A stretch of DNA of 64,000 nt from Bacteroidota bacterium (GTDB lineage: Bacteria; Bacteroidota; Bacteroidia; Bacteroidales; WCHB1-69). How positions within the stretch are numbered: position 1 is the first letter of the stretch; each line of letters begins with the position of its first letter. The notes under the pieces are model-generated. The model was given only the letters and a program-made list of their open reading frames with translations. It ran no database searches and was not told the DNA's origin. The position numbers were made by a program, and so were the translations under genes. Below, in pieces: positions 38,728-47,963 of the stretch. The DNA is taken from positions 20,275 to 84,274 of the forward strand of contig JAEZOU010000005.1 of NCBI GenBank assembly GCA_023413895.1, given 5' to 3'.

Positions 38728-39635
38728 TGTTCTTTGTTTTTAATTATTTCCATAAAGATTGAGTGCTTACGCCGTTTGATTCCACTATCTCTGAAATAGT
38801 GCTTAAATTCAGTTTGCGAAAGCTGCGAAAGCTGCTCAAAATTGAGTTGCAAAAGTAGTGAACTTTCGCTTACCAAATTCTCATTGGTAGGTATATTTCT
38901 ATTTTCTGGACAAACGTCCTGACATATATCACATCCATAAATCCAAGGTTCTTTTTTAAGAAGCTGGAAATCAGGTTTTTTATTCTCAATGGTTTGGTAT
39001 GCAATGCAATGGTTAGCATTTACGCAGTACGCTTCTTCTATGGCGTGAGTGGGGCAACACTCGATGCATCGGTTGCATTTTGAGCAATTTTTTTCGCAAG
39101 CATTGTCGTAGTTGTCCACCTCTTTGTCGAGAAGTAGGGTGCCGATATGTACAAATGAACCATACGGCGTAATTAATAATCCATTTCTGCCAATGAAGCC
39201 CAATCCTGCTTCTACTGCCCAATTTTTTTCTGAAATGGCAGAGGTGTCAACGGTAGCTTTGGCATTGATGTCAGAGTGTTTAGCCTTTATACTTGTCAAC
39301 AACTTCTTTAGCATTTGGTGCATATAGTTGTGATAATCGTTAAGTAATGCAAATTTTGCGATACGTTTCGGTTCACTAAATTGTAGTGCGGTATTGTAAT
39401 TAAGTGTTACTACAACTACGCTTCGGCAGTTGGATAGCAATTCTGAAGGTGTGAAACGATGTTGAATGTCACGTTCCAAAAAATGCATTTCACTATGATA
39501 ACCTTTCTGAATGGAATACTCAAAACGTTGTTGTGCCTCTGAAAGTTGTCGTGATGGCGCAATGCCGCATTGCGTAAATCCGCATTCATAAGCCAAATTC
39601 TTGATAAATTCTGATGAAATTTTATATGTTGACAT
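38724..39635 (-). CDS. queG: Epoxyqueuosine reductase
   Basis: GLGFIGRNGLLITPYGSFVHIGTLL, two ferredoxin-type clusters (CSKCNRCIECCP; CDICQDVCP), and a C-terminal HEAT-like tail. Confidence 0.85.
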   Translation of the reverse strand: MSTYKISSEFIKNLAYECGFTQCGIAPSRQLSEAQQRFEYSIQKGYHSEMHFLERDIQHRFTPSELLSNCRSVVVVTLNYNTALQFSEPKRIAKFALLNDYHNYMHQMLKKLLTSIKAKHSDINAKATVDTSAISEKNWAVEAGLGFIGRNGLLITPYGSFVHIGTLLLDKEVDNYDNACEKNCSKCNRCIECCPTHAIEEAYCVNANHCIAYQTIENKKPDFQLLKKEPWIYGCDICQDVCPENRNIPTNENLVSESSLLLQLNFEQLSQLSQTEFKHYFRDSGIKRRKHSIFMEIIKNKEQ

Positions 39636-40414
39636 TAGAATAGGACTTCGGAGTATTTGAAGTTTTTAGGAATGTTAATGTTGATATTGAAAGGCGTATC
39701 AAATTTAATATTCTTCACTTGACAATTGATTTCAAAAAGTGAGTTCTCAATGGCGCATTCTGAGAAAAATGAAAGTTCAGAAATAGGTATGTACTGAGAA
39801 TAGGTTATCACAATTTCTTCCATTAATTCTGCAACTTCTAAAATTATTTGTGTAATATTGTGCTGGTTGTTTAACACAATTCGTTGCGCACATTCAATTG
39901 AATCTTTACCAATGTAGAGTGGGTCTGCACTTAAAGTAACCCCAATTGAGTCTTCATGAAGATGATACAAATTATTATCCGCAGGAATATTTCTTCCGTT
40001 GAGAGTTGCTTGTAGAAAGTTGAAATCCAAAGGAATTCCGAATACCTTTTGTAGATAGGATACATCTCCATAGAAGTAGGTTTTGCTCATCTTATTTACA
40101 AATACCATTGAATCAGGTGTCAGTACTAAACGTCCTAATTCAATACCTGAAAGATGCAGGTTAATGTAGATGATGCTATCAATTTTATTGGCAAAGAAAA
40201 ACTGTGCACTCATCTCTTTATTATCCTCATTAATAATGTTAATCTTTCCTTGATAAGAAATCCATTCATAGGGGATTTTCGATAACTCAGTTATCTGATC
40301 TGTTGTAAAAGATATAATGGTACTATCATTGTTTTCGTTTTGTGAAAACAAATTAGTGCTTAGTAAGTTACTAAGCACTAAGAAAATTAAAGCAAGATGA
40401 AAAGTTCTATTCAT
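39635..40414 (-). CDS. DUF4292-like (LolB-fold-like) secreted protein
   Basis: 259 aa with a signal peptide. The pattern ...ISYQGKINIINEDNKEMSAQFFFANKIDSIIYINLHLSGIELGRLVLTPDSMVFVNKMSKTYFYG... resembles the DUF4292 family as I remember it; this is not verified. Confidence 0.45.
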   Translation of the reverse strand: MNRTFHLALIFLVLSNLLSTNLFSQNENNDSTIISFTTDQITELSKIPYEWISYQGKINIINEDNKEMSAQFFFANKIDSIIYINLHLSGIELGRLVLTPDSMVFVNKMSKTYFYGDVSYLQKVFGIPLDFNFLQATLNGRNIPADNNLYHLHEDSIGVTLSADPLYIGKDSIECAQRIVLNNQHNITQIILEVAELMEEIVITYSQYIPISELSFFSECAIENSLFEINCQVKNIKFDTPFNININIPKNFKYSEVLF

Positions 40415-40423
40415 AAGAATAAT

Positions 40424-43294
40424 TTATCGTATTAACATAACGGTTCCTGTATATACTTTTGGGAATCCGTCCATATCGTGGGCTGTGATTTTATAAACAT
40501 ATTCACCCATTGGACAATTTCGTCCTTTACGGTCTTTACCATCCCAATAATCAAATGGGGTTTGTGTTTTGAAAATTAGTTGACCGAAACGGTCAAAAAT
40601 CAGCATTTCAAAGTTTTCCATATCTAAACCTTCTCCACTTGTGAAGAATACATCGTTTACACCATCGTTATTTGGTGTAAAGGCATTCGGTATGTAGTAG
40701 AAATAGGGTACTTCCACAATTACGGTAGTGGTCACCGAATCCATACACCCTGCTTCTGTCGATGCTGTAAGTGTTACGTCATAATGTCCAGCGTGTGTGT
40801 AAATGTGGGCAGGATCAGTATCGGTAGATACATTTTCGCCAGGAATACACCAACGGTCACCGAAGTTCCAATTATAACTATTCGCATCTGATGATAGGTT
40901 GACAAAGTTTATTGTACCTTGTCCATCTTCCACAAATACATGTTGTGGATTTGGTGCAAAACCTGCGGTAGGTCGAGGATTAACGTTCACAGTAATAGTA
41001 TCGTCTGTAATACATCCATTTTCACTTGTAACACTAACTCGATACTCTTTCGTTTCTGTAGGTGAAACATTGATAGAAAGGTTATGCTCTCCCGTACTCC
41101 ATGTTACATCGCCATTAATTTCAGTTGCGGTTAGCGTTGCCTTTTCCCCTTCGCAAATTAATGTATCACCAACAATTACAGGCCACCCCATATCCTCAAC
41201 GGTTACTCTAACACTATCAGTGCGCTGACATCTGTTGTCGTAAGTGACTTGTACTATAAAGGATGTTGATTCTGCTGGAGTTACGGTTATATTACGTGTA
41301 GTATCTGCTTCATCGCCTGTAAGCCAATTGAATTGTACTAAGCGCTCTTGGTCGTCAGGGTCTAAAGCATTAACAGTTAAGGTAACTTCTGCATTAGGAC
41401 AGATAGAGGTGTCGCTACTAACCACTTCAAATGGTGGCATTTCTACTTTAACCTCAATAGAGTCTGAAACAATATATGGGGTGCCGTTTACCTCGAATTG
41501 CAACTGCACAATATAGGTTGTTGTCTCTTCAGGAAAGAGGGTGATAAGACGTTTGTCTCCATTATTGTTGGCAATTTCATTATCTGGGCTTACGCTATTT
41601 TTGTACCATTTGATATTATCCAATGAACTGATAGGAGAAATAGGAGTAAAACGCCATGCTTCGGGAGTGGTCACAGTCCAGTTTCCAGTATTTCTTCCTG
41701 GAGGAACTACAGCCATATTCCCTTGTTGGTTAAGCACACCAATCACACCATTTCCGTTATTCCAACTATTACAAACAGTTCTCTTTTGGACATATACGTC
41801 AATAATATTGGTGCCCTCATAGAATACCATTTGGTAGGTTGATTCATTGTCTGAAGTACAACTGAATTGGGGAAGTCTGTAGCATGATAATACATATGTT
41901 CTACAAGGTGCTGCGCCTAACTGTCCATGCCAAATACCACTATTAGCAGGGGGGCTTCCTGCTCCAGGATAAGTGTCTTGAAATACAAGAAATGCAGAAT
42001 TTTTGTGGTCACCGCTTGGAATAAATGAGTAGTCAGCAGCAGTAGTGTTTGGCATACTTACATTATAAGACCACGCCTCATGTCCACTTCGTGGAGTAAA
42101 AGAAACGGCTCCATTTGTGCCAGGGTATAAGCTTGTATAGGGTTGACCATAATACAAAAAAGTGTATGGCAAATTTACAACGCTTAGCCAAGTATCATCA
42201 ATGTTTGTTGGAACAGACGTTAATCCACCGCTATGGAATGGGAAAGGTGGATTATAAGGGATTGATTTTACAGTATAGTCTGCAGTAACGTCTCCAGGAA
42301 CATTAACTTTGGCATATAGCATAAGTGTTGGTGTTTCACAATTAAAATCTATGGATTCTCCTAATGCTACATCAAGAGAGTCTCTGTTATAGAGTACGAT
42401 TTCAGGGCAACCACTTGCACCCTCTTCCTGTTCGTAAATTTCTGGTACACAGGAAAGTTCAAATGCCCAACCTGCTCCACTTCCACCTCCTGTAACTTTA
42501 AATGACAAAGACGAACCGCTAGAAATAAGTATTTCTGGTGGTGCATACCCACTTTTAAAATACCCAATTCTTCGTGCTGAAGTCGCTTGCGTAATAATAT
42601 TTCCATCAAAAATTTCCATAATAGTACCAGAACCTAAACTAAAACTTAATCGTTCTGCCTTAATGTGCTGTCCTCCATCTGCAGAAAAAACAATCTTTAG
42701 TCCACTTGATGGAATGTCTGTAGCCGTATAGTTACTACTTGGACCTCCAGCATCATAAAAAAGTGCATTACAAGTAGTAATATTTTCACCAGAGTTGTTT
42801 TCACTTAAATTAATAATTTGGGAATCTTCAAAGTAGGGAGCAAAATATGCTTTCCAACCAGCATTCATTCCTTGTAAGTCAGGAATACCATCTGTAATAA
42901 ACACAAAAGTTACACAACCGTCTGATGTATAGATATCCCCAGGGCTATTTACTCCATTATAAGCACCAATTAGAGGAGCATTGGTGTCATCTCCATCATA
43001 AATAAGGAGTGTATCTCCCATTCCTAATGCAAATTCAATAAAGTTAATGTGCCACCAAGATTGTTGGAAGTTTACTCCTCCAGTAGGGTCATCATAAGTA
43101 GATGAACAGATGGTGTTTACTATGTATATGCCAGTATCAACATAGTTTGCATTGGGGCCGTTGGGGTCAACATAAAAAAATTCAGGATCACTAGGACTAA
43201 TCATTCCATGTTCCATTTCAACATATTGTCCAAATCCTAAACTACAACAGCATACTAAAACTAAAAGTAGGAAAATTTGTTTGAATTTCTTCAT
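40424..43294 (-). CDS. Large T9SS type-B cargo (adhesin-like; CUB-like, Ig/PKD-like and CHU_C C-terminal sorting domains)
   Basis: 956 aa with a signal peptide. CUB-like segments (DTLLIYDGDDTNAPLIGAYNG; TIMEIFDGNII), a PKD-like segment (WNFGD..HIYTHAGHYDVTLTAS), and the C-terminus YIPNAFTPNNDGVNDVF...GEYVYKI...GTVMLIR. Confidence 0.85.
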   Translation of the reverse strand: MKKFKQIFLLLVLVCCCSLGFGQYVEMEHGMISPSDPEFFYVDPNGPNANYVDTGIYIVNTICSSTYDDPTGGVNFQQSWWHINFIEFALGMGDTLLIYDGDDTNAPLIGAYNGVNSPGDIYTSDGCVTFVFITDGIPDLQGMNAGWKAYFAPYFEDSQIINLSENNSGENITTCNALFYDAGGPSSNYTATDIPSSGLKIVFSADGGQHIKAERLSFSLGSGTIMEIFDGNIITQATSARRIGYFKSGYAPPEILISSGSSLSFKVTGGGSGAGWAFELSCVPEIYEQEEGASGCPEIVLYNRDSLDVALGESIDFNCETPTLMLYAKVNVPGDVTADYTVKSIPYNPPFPFHSGGLTSVPTNIDDTWLSVVNLPYTFLYYGQPYTSLYPGTNGAVSFTPRSGHEAWSYNVSMPNTTAADYSFIPSGDHKNSAFLVFQDTYPGAGSPPANSGIWHGQLGAAPCRTYVLSCYRLPQFSCTSDNESTYQMVFYEGTNIIDVYVQKRTVCNSWNNGNGVIGVLNQQGNMAVVPPGRNTGNWTVTTPEAWRFTPISPISSLDNIKWYKNSVSPDNEIANNNGDKRLITLFPEETTTYIVQLQFEVNGTPYIVSDSIEVKVEMPPFEVVSSDTSICPNAEVTLTVNALDPDDQERLVQFNWLTGDEADTTRNITVTPAESTSFIVQVTYDNRCQRTDSVRVTVEDMGWPVIVGDTLICEGEKATLTATEINGDVTWSTGEHNLSINVSPTETKEYRVSVTSENGCITDDTITVNVNPRPTAGFAPNPQHVFVEDGQGTINFVNLSSDANSYNWNFGDRWCIPGENVSTDTDPAHIYTHAGHYDVTLTASTEAGCMDSVTTTVIVEVPYFYYIPNAFTPNNDGVNDVFFTSGEGLDMENFEMLIFDRFGQLIFKTQTPFDYWDGKDRKGRNCPMGEYVYKITAHDMDGFPKVYTGTVMLIR

Positions 43295-43377
43295 CTTGAT
43301 ATTTTATTAGAATAACTTGTTTTCTTTTCTCTTATTTTATAGTCTGAAACATTTTTTTTATAGGAATGTTGCATCTC

Positions 43378-44670
43378 CTAAGGCTTTTTTAGTAGTTTGA
43401 ACATGTTTTTTTTGTAAGCTTCCACGCCAGGCTGATCAAAGGGGTTGATTTGAAGAAGATAACCACCAATAGCACAGCTAAATTCAAAGAAAAATATCAG
43501 TTGCCCTAAATAATTTTCTTTGATTTCTGGGATTGAAATAGTCATATTGGGAACTCCGCCAGCAATGTGTGCCATTCTTGTTCCTAATTCTGCCGTTTGA
43601 TTAATCTCTTGCAAACTTTTATCCTGTAAGTAGTTGAGATTATCAATGTTATCTTTGCTATATGGAATTGGAGTTGTCAACGATGCGTGTTTTACAGAAA
43701 TAATTGTCTCAAAAATATGACGTTCACCTTCCTGAATGTACTGTCCTAATGAGTGTAAATCGGTGGAGAAAATTGCTCCAGTTGGAAAAATTCCCTTGCC
43801 TTCTTTACCTTCACTTTCTCCGAAAAGTTGTTTGAACCACTCTATAAAATAGAGTAAAGCAGGTTCATATGCGACTAAAATCTCATTTTTCCTTCCATTT
43901 TTGTATAATAAATATCGAATGCCTGCATATTGCAAAGCGATATTATTATCAGGTGTTTTGTTTGAAAAAAGCGTTTTTTGTATTTTTTTCGCCCCCTCAA
44001 CTAGTTGGTAAATGTCAAATCCTGCAGCTGCGATTGGAAGAAGACCAACGGGGGTTAATACGGAGTATCTTCCACCAATATCATCAGGAATTACAAATTG
44101 CGTGTATTTTTCGTTGTCTGCCAACTGTTTGAGTGCACCTTTGGTAGCATCGGTAATTGCAACAATTCTCTCTCTTGCTTGCTCCTTTCCATACTTCTTT
44201 TCACAATGTTGTTTCAAAATGCGAAAAGCAATAGCGGGTTCGGTAGTTGTTCCAGATTTGGAAATCACTATCAATGAGTATTCTTTCTTGTTTAATAATG
44301 CTATGAGTTGTGCGTGATAATTTTCGCTAAGATTATTTCCTGCATATACAATTGTAGGCGATTTCTGTGTTGAGTCTAATGCAGCAAACGGGTTTTGAAG
44401 TGCATCAATTACAGCGCGTGCACCTAAGTAAGAACCGCCAATTCCGATTACTACTATTACCTCCGATTGTGCGCGTAATTTTTCTGCGCAATGTTGAATT
44501 CTCGTGAGTTGAGTGTGGTCCATCTCACTGGGAAGATTCAACCATCCTAAAAAATCGTTACCTTTTCCACTACGATTTATCAGCTGCTGGTGTGCTTGCG
44601 TAAGTGCCGACGATAAGTTGGTGATTTTATCAGTTTTTAGGAAAGTTTCTTCCACTGAAAATTGTATCAT
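43378..44670 (-). CDS. pgi: Glucose-6-phosphate isomerase (short form)
   Basis: 430 aa. VVIGIGGSYLGARA, ISKSGTTTEP, GGRYSVL and GESEGK motifs. Confidence 0.92.
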   Translation of the reverse strand: MIQFSVEETFLKTDKITNLSSALTQAHQQLINRSGKGNDFLGWLNLPSEMDHTQLTRIQHCAEKLRAQSEVIVVIGIGGSYLGARAVIDALQNPFAALDSTQKSPTIVYAGNNLSENYHAQLIALLNKKEYSLIVISKSGTTTEPAIAFRILKQHCEKKYGKEQARERIVAITDATKGALKQLADNEKYTQFVIPDDIGGRYSVLTPVGLLPIAAAGFDIYQLVEGAKKIQKTLFSNKTPDNNIALQYAGIRYLLYKNGRKNEILVAYEPALLYFIEWFKQLFGESEGKEGKGIFPTGAIFSTDLHSLGQYIQEGERHIFETIISVKHASLTTPIPYSKDNIDNLNYLQDKSLQEINQTAELGTRMAHIAGGVPNMTISIPEIKENYLGQLIFFFEFSCAIGGYLLQINPFDQPGVEAYKKNMFKLLKKP

Positions 44671-44687
44671 AATGTCTGTTTTTGAAT

Positions 44688-45464
44688 TTATTTTCCGTTA
44701 ATTACCGTCTCTGCTGCTTCAATAATATTGATAAAATCTTTGGCATTGAGAGAAGCGCCTCCAATCAAACCGCCATCAATATTAGTTTGGGAAAAGAGTT
44801 CTAATGCGTTGTTGGCATTGCAACTTCCTCCATACAAAATGTATGAGCCGTAAGCCATTTCAGTTCCATATTTTTTCTCAATTAGTTGACGTATAAAAGC
44901 GTGCATCTCTTCTGCTTGCGCAGGTGTTGCTGTTACGCCTGTGCCAATTGCCCAAACTGGTTCGTATGCAATAACAACACTTTCAAATTCTTTGTTGGAA
45001 AGTCCGAACAAACACTCTTTAATCTGCTTTTCTACTACATCAAAATGTTTTCCCGCATTGCGTTCATCTAAAGTTTCTCCACAACACACTACCGGAATGA
45101 TTTGGTATTTGAGAAGTTGTGCAATTTTTCTTGCAATTGTTTCATTAGTTTCTGAAAAGTATTTTCTTCTTTCTGAATGTCCTACAATACAAAATTCGAT
45201 ACCAATTTCACTCAACATTTCAGCAGAAATTTCTCCAGTATATGCGCCATTGTCAAACTCACTGCAGTTTTGTGCTCCTGCAGAAAAATCATTTTCATCT
45301 GCTAAATCGGTGGCTAATTCTAAATATAAGTATGGAGGACACATCACTACGCCAGTGCGCAATTGGTATTCTTGAAGTTTATCTGCTATATCGTTCAACA
45401 AATCGTCTGCTTCTCCAAACGATTTATTCATTTTCCAATTTCCAATAACTAGTTTCTCTTTCAT
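44688..45464 (-). CDS. tpiA: Triosephosphate isomerase
   Basis: VIGNWKMN, VGHSERR, AYEPVWAIGTG and GGASL motifs. Confidence 0.95.
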   Translation of the reverse strand: MKEKLVIGNWKMNKSFGEADDLLNDIADKLQEYQLRTGVVMCPPYLYLELATDLADENDFSAGAQNCSEFDNGAYTGEISAEMLSEIGIEFCIVGHSERRKYFSETNETIARKIAQLLKYQIIPVVCCGETLDERNAGKHFDVVEKQIKECLFGLSNKEFESVVIAYEPVWAIGTGVTATPAQAEEMHAFIRQLIEKKYGTEMAYGSYILYGGSCNANNALELFSQTNIDGGLIGGASLNAKDFINIIEAAETVINGK

Positions 45465-45479
45465 TTTTATATCTGTTTG

Positions 45480-45995
45480 TTACTTAATCCTTTTTTCGTA
45501 GAAAAAAATATGTAGAACCGATAAGTTGATGAAGGTCGTACATATTGTGTTGGCAACTATATATAGTAAAGTTTTGAAAAATTCTCTAAAAGTAAATGCT
45601 TCTAAGATGCCGATGAGGAATTGATGAATGAACGTCATGAGAAGAAAGAAGGTGAGTAACCAACCGAATGATTTGATGCCTGGAAGTGGTAAAAATGAAT
45701 CTTCAGGAAGTTTTCCTCCATTCATAAGCATAATCAACAATGGCCTGAGCGCAGTTAAAATAAGACAAGCTGCTGCATGAATTCCTAAAGTTTGTAAGAA
45801 GCAGTCAATAATAAATCCGTAAATAAATGCAATAAGATATTGTGCCCATTTGGGAGTTTGCATTGGTAGAAGTAAAAGTGCAAAAATGTAAATCTGCGGG
45901 GTGATAACATTCCACAAAACAATGTGATTGCAGATTAAAATTTGAATCAACAATAGTAGCACGAAGCGAAGAATGTTGCGGATAATATTATTCAT
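45480..45995 (-). CDS. mreD: Rod shape-determining protein MreD
   Basis: 171-aa polytopic membrane protein directly after mreC, overlapping it by 8 nt. Size and helix pattern fit MreD. The call relies mainly on context. Confidence 0.7.
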   Translation of the reverse strand: MNNIIRNILRFVLLLLIQILICNHIVLWNVITPQIYIFALLLLPMQTPKWAQYLIAFIYGFIIDCFLQTLGIHAAACLILTALRPLLIMLMNGGKLPEDSFLPLPGIKSFGWLLTFFLLMTFIHQFLIGILEAFTFREFFKTLLYIVANTICTTFINLSVLHIFFYEKRIK

Positions 45996-46830
45996 TCTCT
46001 AATTTATTTTTGAGAGTGTCAAGTTCTGATTTATATAGGTTTTTTACTAAATAAACGTTATCAACTTTGTTGAAAGGAACAGAAAATCTCACTTTTATGT
46101 TTTGGAAAGTGCTTTGGGTTTCCTTTTTTTCAGCAACGGTCCCAATAAGAATATCGCGAGGGAATACATTGGAAAAACCACTTGTATAAATAGAATCTCC
46201 AATATTAACCTCCATGTGGATAGGAATATCAAGGAGATAACCATAGTTAGGATCTCCATCTTCCCAAACAATCGCACCAATTTGGTTTACCGGCATAATT
46301 TTAGCACTGATACGCGACATCGGGTGAAGGAGTGTAATTACGGTAGCAAAATGTTGAGACACTTCGTTTACTACGCCTACAACTCCGTGAGGAGAAATTA
46401 CGCCCATATCTGGATAGATGCTATCTTGCAACCCTTTGTCTATCAATATGTAATTGTGCTTTTTGTTCGTAGAACTATAGATAACTGATGCCGTAGTGTA
46501 GTCGTATAATTGTTTGCGATTCCGAACAATAGAATCCTTACTCATCACCATGTAGGTTGAGTCATCAAGCGTGTAGTAAAGATTTTCCTGCTCTCTTAAT
46601 AAAGAAAGATTCTGCGCTATCAATGCTTGATTCTCAGTCGATAATGCAAAATGACGAAGTACTTTGTTCCACTGTTTGTTAAAGGGGCCAATTACTGATT
46701 GTGTGGCTCTTGATATAGCAAAGTGCTGATAAGACATTGTTTTGTGAATAAGAATTATGCACAAAATCAGTAGTATTATTAGAAGCAAAATATGAAAATA
46801 TCTCTTTAAAAAGGCAATAAGATTGTTCAT
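45988..46830 (-). CDS. mreC: Rod shape-determining protein MreC
   Basis: N-terminal TM anchor and coiled-coil (ENQALIAQNLSLLREQENL). Beta-barrel domains with DMGVISPHGVVGVVNEVSQHFATVITLL and SGFSNVFPRDILIG. The start is trimmed to ATG 46830, because the longer start lies inside the -7 box. Confidence 0.85.
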   Translation of the reverse strand: MNNLIAFLKRYFHILLLIILLILCIILIHKTMSYQHFAISRATQSVIGPFNKQWNKVLRHFALSTENQALIAQNLSLLREQENLYYTLDDSTYMVMSKDSIVRNRKQLYDYTTASVIYSSTNKKHNYILIDKGLQDSIYPDMGVISPHGVVGVVNEVSQHFATVITLLHPMSRISAKIMPVNQIGAIVWEDGDPNYGYLLDIPIHMEVNIGDSIYTSGFSNVFPRDILIGTVAEKKETQSTFQNIKVRFSVPFNKVDNVYLVKNLYKSELDTLKNKLENE

Positions 46831-46854
46831 TAACTTAACTATTGTACAAGTTTG

Positions 46855-46862
46855 CAAAAATA
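46855..46862 (-). promoter_or_regulatory. -7 promoter box (TATTTTTG on the minus strand) upstream of mreC
   Basis: Exact TAnnTTTG match 25 nt upstream of ATG 46830. Confidence 0.45.
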
Positions 46863-46963
46863 GGATTTTTTTCTCTAATTATCAACTATAAGGGGAAAAG
46901 TAAAAAAATAGTTGTGTTGCAATAAATCTCTTTCTAAAAGGTTGAAAATTCAAAAGATTTTTG

Positions 46964-46971
46964 TACTTTTG
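46964..46971 (+). promoter_or_regulatory. -7 promoter box TACTTTTG upstream of the transketolase C-terminal subunit gene
   Basis: Exact TAnnTTTG match 18 nt upstream of ATG 46989. Confidence 0.5.
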
Positions 46972-46988
46972 TAAATAATTTTGATTTT

Positions 46989-47945
46989 ATGGAACTACTT
47001 GATTGTAAAGATTTTAAAGACACCCGTTCTGGGTTTGGAGCGGGATTATTGGAAGCTGGACGTCGTAATCCAGAAGTTTTTGCACTTTGTGCAGACCTAA
47101 TCGGCAGTTTAAAAATGGGAGATTTTATAAAAGAATTTCCAGAAAGATTTATACAAACAGGAATTGCTGAAGCCAATATGGTAGGTATTGCAGCAGGTTT
47201 GGCACTTTCCGGGAAAGTGCCCTTTGCTGGAGGTTTTGCTGGTTTTGTATCAGGACGCGTCTATGACCAAATTCGTATGGTAGTGGCATACTCAAACCTA
47301 AATGTTAAGATTGCAGCTTCTCATGCAGGTCTTACTGTAGGTGAAGATGGAGCAACACACCAAATTTTGGAAGATATTGGTTTGATGAGAATGTTGCCTA
47401 ATATGGTTGTGTTGAACCCTTGCGATTATAACCAAACCAAAATGGCTACATTAGCAGCAGCTGAATATGTTGGTCCAGTTTATTTACGTTTTGGCCGTCC
47501 TGCAGTGCCTAATTTTACACCCGCCGACCAACCTTTCGTTATTGGAAAGGCTATTACAATGAATGAAGGTAGCGATGTGACAATTGTTGCCACAGGCCAT
47601 TTGGTATGGTCAGCACTTCAAGCAGCGCAAATCTTATCTCAAAAAGGAATTTCTGCTGAAGTTGTTGATATTCATACTATCAAACCATTAGATGAAGAAG
47701 CAATCCTTTGTAGTGCAAACAAAACACGAGCCGTTGTAACTGCGGAAGAACACTCCTGCAATGGTGGACTTGGAGATGCTGTTTGTCAATTGTTAGGACG
47801 AAAACTACCTACTCCAGTTGAGATGGTAGCTGTAAATGATAAGTTTGGTGAATCTGGTACTTCAATGCAATTAATGAATGAATACCACCTTAATGCAGAG
47901 GCAATTGTAGAATCTTCATTGAAAGTTATTGCTAGAAAAAACTAA
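46989..47945 (+). CDS. Transketolase, C-terminal (pyrimidine-binding plus C-terminal domain) subunit of a split enzyme
   Basis: 318 aa. FPERFIQTGIAEANMVGIAAGLALSGKVPF, SHAGLTVGEDGATHQ and TIKPLDEE motifs. It lacks the N-terminal TPP-binding half. Confidence 0.88.
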   Translation: MELLDCKDFKDTRSGFGAGLLEAGRRNPEVFALCADLIGSLKMGDFIKEFPERFIQTGIAEANMVGIAAGLALSGKVPFAGGFAGFVSGRVYDQIRMVVAYSNLNVKIAASHAGLTVGEDGATHQILEDIGLMRMLPNMVVLNPCDYNQTKMATLAAAEYVGPVYLRFGRPAVPNFTPADQPFVIGKAITMNEGSDVTIVATGHLVWSALQAAQILSQKGISAEVVDIHTIKPLDEEAILCSANKTRAVVTAEEHSCNGGLGDAVCQLLGRKLPTPVEMVAVNDKFGESGTSMQLMNEYHLNAEAIVESSLKVIARKN

Positions 47946-47963
47946 TTCTATCATCTATCCTAT

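Noticed and set aside
44941-45375. 144-aa plus-strand ORF inside tpiA. The same applies to 31999..32346 inside the ABC-F gene, 60017..60442 and 59031..59303 inside the 928-aa cargo gene, 40899..41822 inside the 956-aa cargo gene, and 15253..15678 antisense to gldM.
   Set aside because: These are shadow ORFs opposite or out of frame with strongly supported genes. I see no independent signals.
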